Shown: positions 57,359 through 64,000 of the stretch, one piece after another
Layout: each line of letters begins with the position of its first letter
Position numbering within the stretch: the first letter of the stretch is position 1
NCBI GenBank assembly: GCA_964450495.1
Contig: CAYVFU010000010.1
Location: 488-64,487 of the forward strand
Length of the DNA: 64,000 nt
Source: an uncultured Saprospiraceae bacterium
GTDB lineage: Bacteria; Bacteroidota; Bacteroidia; Chitinophagales; Saprospiraceae
Direction of reading: 5' to 3'
Position numbers and translations under genes: made by a program
The notes under the pieces: model-generated
What the model was told of the DNA's origin: nothing
What the model saw: the letters and a program-made list of their open reading frames with translations, nothing else
Database searches by the model: none

Positions 57359-58822
57359 ATGAAAAAATCTAATAAAAATTCTAGACGAACATTTGTTAAG
57401 CAAGGTTCCACAGCTTTGGCTGGATTTTATATAGTCCCGAGACACGTACTTGGCAGAGGGTTTACACCGCCAAGTGACCAGCTTAATTTGGCTGCTATAG
57501 GTGCAGGGGGTAAAGGAACCTCAGATTTAAGGAATGCCTATAATGGTGGAGAGAATAGGGTCGTTGCCTTGGCGGACCCAGATTCAAAGAATGCTTCTCG
57601 TTCTATTCAAGCTTTTCCAGACGCCAAAGTGTATAAAGATTTCCGCTTTATGCTATCGGAAATGAAGAATGATATAGATGCAGTTACAGTATCTACACCT
57701 GATCACTTACATGGTGTTGCTGCTAAAATGGCGATGGATATGGGCATGCATGTGTATGTTCAAAAGCCACTTACACATAATATATATGAAGCAAGGCAGT
57801 TGACATTAGCTGCTCGGAAGAATAAGGTGGTGACACAAATGGGTAACCAAGGTGCTAGTCATCCAGGCCAAGTGCAAATGATGGAATGGTTTAAATCAGG
57901 CATTATTGGAAATGTCGATGAGGTACATGTTTGGACGAATAGGCCAGTATGGCCACAAGGTATCCCTGTACCCGAAGCTCAACCGTTACCTGATCATATG
58001 ACTGAAGCTGATTGGGATCTTTGGGTGGGCCCCGCAGAATATGTCGATTATCATCCATTATACCACACCTTTAAATGGAGAGGTTGGTGGAATTTCGGAA
58101 CAGGCGCGTTAGGAGATATGGGTTGTCACTTGATGGATCCGCCATTTAGAGTCCTAAAGCTTGGTTATCCTACAGAAGTAGAATGTAGTGTTGGTCAAGT
58201 CTTCACAAGAGATTGGACGCCAGAGCATATCCCAGAAGGTTGCCCTCCAACATCTCAGACACAAATCAAATTTCCAGCATCAGATCATAACCCAACGCCT
58301 GTTACCATGACTTGGTATGATGGAGGTATTCGTCCATTCCATCCTGACTTAATTCCTGCTGATCATTCAATAGGAGAGAATGACAGTTCTAATGGTGTTA
58401 TCATGATGGGGGAGAAAGGTATAATGACATGTGCGACTTATGGCATCAATCCAAAAGTCTATTTAAAGAGCGGTGAAATTTTGACCATGCCCGAAGGTTA
58501 CACAGGCGGTTATGAGCATTCAGATAAATCTGATCAAGGACATCAAATCTATTGGACCAATGCTTGCAAAGCTGGATTCGATAGTGATGAACACAAAGCA
58601 TTGACATCATCGTTCGATTATGCAGGGCCATTGACAGAAACTGTACTGATGGGGAATCTTGCCATCAGAAGTTATTCGTTGACAAAAAGCGAAACAGGTA
58701 GAAGAAATTTCTATGGACGTCAACGTCTGATGTGGGATGGCGATAATATGGAAATTACCAATTTTGCTGATGCGAATCAGTTTGTAAGCAGGCCGTATAG
58801 GATGGGCTGGAAGTTGATATGA
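57359..58822 (+). CDS. Gfo/Idh/MocA family oxidoreductase with twin-arginine signal
   Basis: 487 aa with TAT motif SRRTFVKQG, Rossmann motif AIGAGGKG, and EKPL-like VQKPLTHN. Confidence 0.85.
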   Translation: MKKSNKNSRRTFVKQGSTALAGFYIVPRHVLGRGFTPPSDQLNLAAIGAGGKGTSDLRNAYNGGENRVVALADPDSKNASRSIQAFPDAKVYKDFRFMLSEMKNDIDAVTVSTPDHLHGVAAKMAMDMGMHVYVQKPLTHNIYEARQLTLAARKNKVVTQMGNQGASHPGQVQMMEWFKSGIIGNVDEVHVWTNRPVWPQGIPVPEAQPLPDHMTEADWDLWVGPAEYVDYHPLYHTFKWRGWWNFGTGALGDMGCHLMDPPFRVLKLGYPTEVECSVGQVFTRDWTPEHIPEGCPPTSQTQIKFPASDHNPTPVTMTWYDGGIRPFHPDLIPADHSIGENDSSNGVIMMGEKGIMTCATYGINPKVYLKSGEILTMPEGYTGGYEHSDKSDQGHQIYWTNACKAGFDSDEHKALTSSFDYAGPLTETVLMGNLAIRSYSLTKSETGRRNFYGRQRLMWDGDNMEITNFADANQFVSRPYRMGWKLI

Positions 58823-59247
58823 TATTCAACTCCATTTTTTACCATTGATTTTAAATTTTTTGCAGTCTTTTTCATTTACAAAAATGGGTTTAATGAAACA
58901 CGTTTCATTAAACCCACCATAACTATTTGATCTTCTTTACCTTACAAAGGTTTTACCAACCATTTTTGTCTATTATACCTTAAAAATAGGGGAGACCTTC
59001 ACGTTGTGTGAGAAGTCATTAAAGCTTGCCAGGTTTCCTGAAAAGTATGCGAGAAGTGAGCTTATATCTTATCTGCTTACTGGAAGGAGAATACTTCAAA
59101 TCTCTTTCAAAGATTGTGTTTCAAACAATGAAAATTATCGTTTTAAGGAAGTGCCCTACTTTTGCCGGAAGGCAAATTCACGACTCAACACTTCCCCCGG
59201 CGCTAGCTAGGCATTCATAACTTCAGCCAGCAGCTGATTCATAACTA

Positions 59248-59268
59248 TTAAATCGCAAGGCGATTTAA
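59248..59268 (-). terminator. 9-bp stem hairpin 5 nt after the infC stop
   Basis: The sequence is TTAAATCGC-aag-GCGATTTAA, a perfect inverted repeat. The downstream U-tract is weak. Confidence 0.4.
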
Positions 59269-59273
59269 TTTAA

Positions 59274-59858
59274 TTATTTCTTTTTCTTCTTTTTCGGGGA
59301 AATGATAACAATCATTCGTCTACCTTCTAATTTTGGCAATTCCTCAGCAGCACCGAAATCTTCTAATTCTTTCAAAAGTCTCAATAGAAGCAATTCACCT
59401 CTATCTTTAAAAACGATGGTTCGTCCTTTAAAGAAGACGTAGGCTTTTACCTTCGCTCCATCGGTTAAGAACTTTTTTGCGTGCTTAAGCTTGAAATTAA
59501 AATCATGTTCATCGGTATTCGGACCGAACCTGATTTCTTTGATGACTGTTTTAGCTGTCTTATTTTTTATTTGCTTGTCTTTCTTCTTCTTCTCGTAGAG
59601 AAACTTTTTGAAGTCGACAATTTTACAAACAGGTGGATCCGCATTAGGACTTATTTCTACAAGGTCAAGCTCCATGTCTTGAGCCCACTTTAATGCTTGT
59701 GATGTAGGGTAAATATCAGGTGAAACGGTTCTTCCCGCTATTTCACTTAATTCTGTTAAGTTATCTCCTACCAATCTGATTTGAGATACTCTGATGTCTC
59801 TATTTGTGTTGAATTTAGGTTCCGGTTTTCGGACAATTTTCTTTCTTCTTTTTGCCAA
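59274..59858 (-). CDS. infC: translation initiation factor IF-3 (non-AUG start)
   Basis: 194 aa with [24 protein letters not shown] and [25 protein letters not shown]. The frame opens with TTG (59858). An in-frame ATT lies at 59864. The lysine tail is KKKKKK. Confidence 0.92.
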   Translation of the reverse strand: MAKRRKKIVRKPEPKFNTNRDIRVSQIRLVGDNLTELSEIAGRTVSPDIYPTSQALKWAQDMELDLVEISPNADPPVCKIVDFKKFLYEKKKKDKQIKNKTAKTVIKEIRFGPNTDEHDFNFKLKHAKKFLTDGAKVKAYVFFKGRTIVFKDRGELLLLRLLKELEDFGAAEELPKLEGRRMIVIISPKKKKKK

Positions 59859-59953
59859 ATGAATTTGTTTAGTTAGTAAATAGGTAGGTCCACAAATTGC
59901 CGAACCTACTTTTCGTTATGTTATTTAATATAAACTTAGTGTAAATCTCTGAC

Positions 59954-62494
59954 TTAGTCGTTAACGTTTTGCGCTTTTTGCTTTTTCGCAAATGTAACGA
60001 TGATACTATCCTTCTCCTTATTCATCACTGCTTTCAGTTTACTTTCTTCTGCAGGATTTTCATTGAGAATGAATTCTGCTAAAGGATCTTCAAGATATTT
60101 CTGAATAGCACGATGCAGCGGTCTTGCACCAAACTGTGGATCAAAGCCTTTCTCTGCTACAAACGTTTTTGCATCTTTTGAAAGTTCTAAAGTATATGTC
60201 AGCTTTTCTAATCTCTTGTACACACTCTGTAAAGTGATGTCGATAATTTCGAAAATATGATCTTGAGTCAAACTGTTAAAGATGACCACATCATCAATTC
60301 TGTTTAAGAATTCAGGTGAGAAGGTTTTCTTCAATGCACCTTGTATGATGGATTTTGAATACTCTTCTGTAGACTCTTGGCGAGCTTTAGTAGCAAAACC
60401 TACTCCTTGACCAAAATCTTTCAACTGTCTGACACCAATGTTAGATGTCATGATAATTAGAGTATTTCTAAAATCAACTTTACGACCTAGGCCGTCGGTT
60501 AACTGTCCATCGTCTAGTACTTGCAACAAGATGTTATAGACATCTGGGTGCGCTTTCTCAATCTCATCAAGAAGGATAACTGAATAGGGTTTTCTTCTGA
60601 CTCTCTCGGTCAACTGTCCACCTTCTTCATAACCAACGTATCCTGGAGGAGCTCCTATCAATCTACTGACAGAAAATTTCTCCATATATTCACTCATATC
60701 AATTCTAATGAGTGCATCTTCTGTGTCGAACAAATATCTTGCTAGTGCTTTTGCTAATTCAGTTTTACCTACACCAGTGGGGCCGAGGAAGATAAATGAA
60801 CCAATTGGCTTTGAAGGATCTTTTAAACCAACTCTATTTCTTTGGATAGCTTTCGTGATTTTTAAAATTGCTTCATCTTGACCGATCACAACTTCTTGTA
60901 AATCTTCATTCATCTTCACCAGCTTATTACTCTCACTTTGAGCAACACGCTTCACAGGAATACCCGTCATCATCGCTACAACTTCTGCTATATCTTCTTC
61001 ATCAACAGGGTAGCGTTTAGTCTTGGATTCTTCTTCCCATTCTGTCTTCGCATTTTCGAGCTGTTTCAGTAATTTGGATTCATTATCACGCAAATCTGCT
61101 GCCCTTTCGTATTGTTGATTTTTGACAGCTTGATTTTTTAATTCCTTAATTTCCTCTATACTCTCTTCTAACTCCTCTATATGCTTAGGGACATGAATGT
61201 TTTTTAAATGTGTTCTTGCACCCACTTCATCCAATACATCAATAGCTTTGTCCGGTAAGAATCGGTCACTGATGTATCTTTCACTTAGAGCCACACAAGC
61301 CTTTATAGCAGCGTCAGAGTAATTTACATTGTGGAATTCTTCGTACTTCGGTTTTATGTTTTCTAGAATGTGGACAGCTTCCTCTGCTGATGGTGGATCA
61401 ACAATCACTTTTTGAAAACGTCTGTCTAGGGCACCATCTTTTTCAATATGCTGTCTGTATTCATCTAGTGTAGAAGCACCGATACACTGCAATTCGCCTC
61501 TTGCAAGTGCTGGTTTGAAAATGTTTGACGCATCTAGTGAACCCGTAGCTCCACCTGCTCCGACTATTGTATGAATTTCATCGATAAATAAGATGACGTC
61601 TCTTGTTTTTTCTAGCTCATTCATGATGGCTTTCATCCGTTCTTCAAACTGACCACGATACTTTGTACCTGCAACTAAAGCCGCAAGGTCAAGCATAACA
61701 ATTCGTTTGTTAAATAATGTTCTAGATACCTTCTTTTGAATGATCCTTAAAGCAAGCCCTTCTACAATGGCGGTTTTACCAACACCAGGTTCTCCAATAA
61801 GGATAGGATTGTTTTTCTTTCTTCTACTTAGAATTTGAGAGACTCTTTCGATTTCTGTTTCTCGGCCAATGATTGGATCGAGTTTGTTTTCTTCAGCAAG
61901 TCGAGTCACATCTCTACCGAAATTATCTAATACGGGTGTTTTGGATTTGCCAGAGCTTCTTCGGCCAAAGGACTCCATAGGCTCCTCGTCGTCCATTGGT
62001 ATATCGCCTTCAGGAGACGATGCACCGTATATATCATAGTTTGATTCTTGTTCTTGTCTTACGTATTCTAATTCTGATTTAAAACCTTCATAGTCTATTT
62101 CAAACTGAGAAAGTATATCAGAAGCAGTGTTTTCATTATGCTTCAAAATCGACAATAACAAATGCTCAGGATTGATTTCATCATTCTTAAAAAGCTTTGC
62201 CTCTAAGAAGGTGACTTTCAATACCTTTTCTGCTTGTTTGTTTAATGGAATATTACCAACATTCAGATTTGTGCTTTCTACTTTCACCTGCTGGATGACT
62301 TCTTCAATTTTGAATTTCAATTCGGTCAAATCCACATCAAGTGAATCCAATACTTTAACTGCTAAACTATCTCTTTCTTGAATCATGCCTAACAATAGGT
62401 GCTCAGTCCCAATATAGTCGTGACCCAATCTTAGCGCTTCAGTTCGGCTAAGAGAGATTATCTTCTTTACTTTTGGTGAAAACTTTCTATTCAT
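59954..62494 (-). CDS. clpC: ATP-dependent Clp protease ATP-binding subunit ClpC-type (two AAA+ modules, Clp_N repeats, UVR-like linker)
   Basis: 846 aa with Walker A motifs GEPGVGKT and GPTGVGKTE, plus Clp_N ([18 protein letters not shown]) and the linker [11 protein letters not shown]. Confidence 0.9.
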   Translation of the reverse strand: MNRKFSPKVKKIISLSRTEALRLGHDYIGTEHLLLGMIQERDSLAVKVLDSLDVDLTELKFKIEEVIQQVKVESTNLNVGNIPLNKQAEKVLKVTFLEAKLFKNDEINPEHLLLSILKHNENTASDILSQFEIDYEGFKSELEYVRQEQESNYDIYGASSPEGDIPMDDEEPMESFGRRSSGKSKTPVLDNFGRDVTRLAEENKLDPIIGRETEIERVSQILSRRKKNNPILIGEPGVGKTAIVEGLALRIIQKKVSRTLFNKRIVMLDLAALVAGTKYRGQFEERMKAIMNELEKTRDVILFIDEIHTIVGAGGATGSLDASNIFKPALARGELQCIGASTLDEYRQHIEKDGALDRRFQKVIVDPPSAEEAVHILENIKPKYEEFHNVNYSDAAIKACVALSERYISDRFLPDKAIDVLDEVGARTHLKNIHVPKHIEELEESIEEIKELKNQAVKNQQYERAADLRDNESKLLKQLENAKTEWEEESKTKRYPVDEEDIAEVVAMMTGIPVKRVAQSESNKLVKMNEDLQEVVIGQDEAILKITKAIQRNRVGLKDPSKPIGSFIFLGPTGVGKTELAKALARYLFDTEDALIRIDMSEYMEKFSVSRLIGAPPGYVGYEEGGQLTERVRRKPYSVILLDEIEKAHPDVYNILLQVLDDGQLTDGLGRKVDFRNTLIIMTSNIGVRQLKDFGQGVGFATKARQESTEEYSKSIIQGALKKTFSPEFLNRIDDVVIFNSLTQDHIFEIIDITLQSVYKRLEKLTYTLELSKDAKTFVAEKGFDPQFGARPLHRAIQKYLEDPLAEFILNENPAEESKLKAVMNKEKDSIIVTFAKKQKAQNVND

Positions 62495-62530
62495 TCAATC
62501 TAAATTTACATCCACATGTTGCTGATATAA

Positions 62531-62562
62531 GCATACTCTCCTAATAGTGTTAAAAAGTATGC
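62531..62562. promoter_or_regulatory. 7-bp inverted repeat GCATACT-N18-AGTATGC in the clpC 5' region
   Basis: Seen directly in the sequence, 37-68 nt upstream of the clpC start codon (62494). Confidence 0.25.
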
Positions 62563-62858
62563 CAATTGCAGTCAATAAAATGGCTCATTTACACTTCCCA
62601 ACAACAAAAAAGGAGTTATAGATTTATCAGACAGCAAATTAACAATTATTTCACTCACTTTATCGACAATTCTACGACATCTTTAAACCGATCATGGATT
62701 ATTATTTGTCCCGACGATCTCAGCAAGCTATATTAACAGGATAGTTGATAATGAAGGATGTAATATATTGGTAATCAAATAGTTATATCTGTGAAAAAGA
62801 AATTAGGCATTTCAGCTAATAATTCAATAAATTTGCGCTCAGTTAATTTTGATAAAGA

Positions 62859-63236
62859 ATGAAGTATTCTGTCGATAAAAATGACAATTATTCTGTCCTC
62901 CAGTTAGAGGAAGAAAACCTTAACTCGTTAATTGCACCTAACCTTAAAAGCGAATTTGTTTTTTTAAGAAATGAAGGCGTGCAAAATCTAATCTTTGACT
63001 TAACGGCAGTTAAGTACGTTGATTCGTCTGGTTTAAGCGCCATATTGACAGCTAATCGTTTGTGGAAAGATTTCGGAACATTCATCTTAACAGGTGTTGA
63101 ACATCCGTCTGTACAAAAGCTAATCGAGATATCTAGATTAGAATCTATACTTACCATCATTCCTACAGTGAAAGAATCAATAGAATTTCTAACAATGGAA
63201 TCCATTGAAGAGGAATTACAGTCTGATTCGGAGTAA
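62859..63236 (+). CDS. STAS domain protein (anti-sigma factor antagonist-like)
   Basis: 125 aa with VKYVDSSGLSAILTANRL, which carries the SpoIIAA-type DSSG phosphorylatable-Ser context. Confidence 0.8.
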   Translation: MKYSVDKNDNYSVLQLEEENLNSLIAPNLKSEFVFLRNEGVQNLIFDLTAVKYVDSSGLSAILTANRLWKDFGTFILTGVEHPSVQKLIEISRLESILTIIPTVKESIEFLTMESIEEELQSDSE

Positions 63237-63239
63237 ACA

Positions 63240-64000
63240 ATGTCCATTACTGTGCATATATTGGGTGCTAACTCTGCAGTACCCAATAAGAATAGGTTTC
63301 CAACTTCACAGTACATCAAGCTAGAAAAAGAGTCCATCCTTATCGATTGTGGTGAAGGAGCTCAGATCAATTTGTCTAAATACAAATTAAAGCCTTCTAG
63401 AATCAAAACCATATTGATCAGTCATTTGCATGGGGATCATGTGTATGGATTGCCAGGTCTTATTGGTTCGTTTAATCTCGCTGGTCGGCAAGAACCTCTG
63501 ACAGTAGTTGGCCCTGTCGGAATACAAGCGTATTTATCTGGAGTATTTGAAACCACCTATGTTACCTTAAATTTTGAACTTCTTTTCCATGAACTTGGTC
63601 ACAACGGCCTGCTAAAAGTCATAGAATTAAATGAGGTCATCATTGAAGCCTTTCCTATGAAGCACCGTATACCTACCTATGGATATAAGATCACAGAAAA
63701 AGAGCGACAGTTGAATATTAAGTCAGAAGTCATTAAAAAGTATGACCTTAGTATTACTCAAATTAAAGCCATAAAAGCTGGCGACGATATAGTAAGTAGT
63801 GAAGGGAATGTAATTCCCAATAAAGACCTGACAAAGGAGCAACCAAAAATGATGAGTTATGCCTACTGTTCTGATACAGTCTATGATGAAGATTTGATAC
63901 CATTGATTCATGGCGTAGACCTTTTATATCATGAAGCTACATATTTGCATGAATTGCAGAAAATAGCATTAAAAAGAAAACATGCCACAGCTAAAGAAGC
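63240..64000 (+). CDS. rnz: ribonuclease Z / MBL-fold hydrolase (5' part; runs off the window end)
   Basis: ATG at 63240 opens a frame with no stop up to 64000: MSITVHILGANSAVPNKNRFPTSQYI...ILISHLHGDHVYGLPGLIGSF (HxHxDH motif)...AYCSDT...YHEATY. It is absent from the ORF track because no stop lies within the window. Confidence 0.85.
   Translation, partial: MSITVHILGANSAVPNKNRFPTSQYIKLEKESILIDCGEGAQINLSKYKLKPSRIKTILISHLHGDHVYGLPGLIGSFNLAGRQEPLTVVGPVGIQAYLSGVFETTYVTLNFELLFHELGHNGLLKVIELNEVIIEAFPMKHRIPTYGYKITEKERQLNIKSEVIKKYDLSITQIKAIKAGDDIVSSEGNVIPNKDLTKEQPKMMSYAYCSDTVYDEDLIPLIHGVDLLYHEATYLHELQKIALKRKHATAKE

Noticed and set aside
59147-59195. Possible SRP (4.5S) RNA because of a CCGGAAGG tetraloop hairpin
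   Set aside because: The conserved domain IV 3' strand (GGAAGCAGC with its AGCA loop) and the matching 5' strand are absent. I kept it only as an unclassified ncRNA candidate.
62888-63337. 149-aa minus-strand ORF overlapping the STAS gene and the rnz start
   Set aside because: Both overlapped plus-strand frames carry recognisable family motifs (DSSG STAS; the RNase Z N-terminus). The minus ORF has no recognisable features.
1-64000. Mobile element, prophage or known defence island
   Set aside because: I could recognise no integrase, transposase, recombinase, terminal repeats, tRNA target, restriction, Cas, abortive-infection or toxin-antitoxin signatures. Composition looks uniform by eye.

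Overview
This is a 64-kb chromosomal segment from a low-GC Bacteroidota genome, probably an aquatic or marine Flavobacteriia-like organism. That placement rests on three proteins with Por-type T9SS C-terminal domains, an ECF sigma/FecR/STN-TonB receptor/DUF4249 cluster, TAnnTTTG -7 promoter boxes, and WG-repeat, DUF4197, CotH and LTD proteins. About 48 credible CDSs are present. I recognise no rRNA, tRNA, CRISPR array, transposase, integrase, phage gene or known defence gene. The content falls into five groups. (1) Catabolic and housekeeping genes: HMG-CoA lyase, two acyl-CoA dehydrogenases, TetR, fused E1 alpha/beta, gcvT, long GAPDH-like, lpdA, menB, coaD, pruA, infC, clpC and rnz. (2) A small surface-polysaccharide block: wecB, wecC, two glycosyltransferases and a methyltransferase. 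(3) Many secreted or surface proteins: a 1394-aa CotH-LTD-Cys-repeat protein, a second CotH, a 1199-aa SprB/TSP3/dockerin-like T9SS protein, a cohesin-like T9SS protein and a BNR T9SS protein. (4) Carbohydrate-related genes: GH26, sulfatase, a TAT oxidoreductase and an MFS sugar porter. (5) An ECF sigma/anti-sigma/TonB transducer unit. The most unusual locus is at about 30.3-31.6 kb. It holds a diverged tandem pair of tiny two-TM protein genes. Each sits behind the same 40-bp block of 21-bp-phased heptamer direct repeats, placed exactly 22 nt from a Bacteroidetes -7 box. Other items worth a second look are the cohesin/dockerin-like module pair, a 451-bp structured gap between convergent genes (ncRNA candidate), a non-AUG infC outside its usual operon, a 750-bp ORF-poor gap and a decayed gene remnant. 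All calls come from reading the ORF translations and DNA by eye. No database search was run, so family names are motif-level recognitions.
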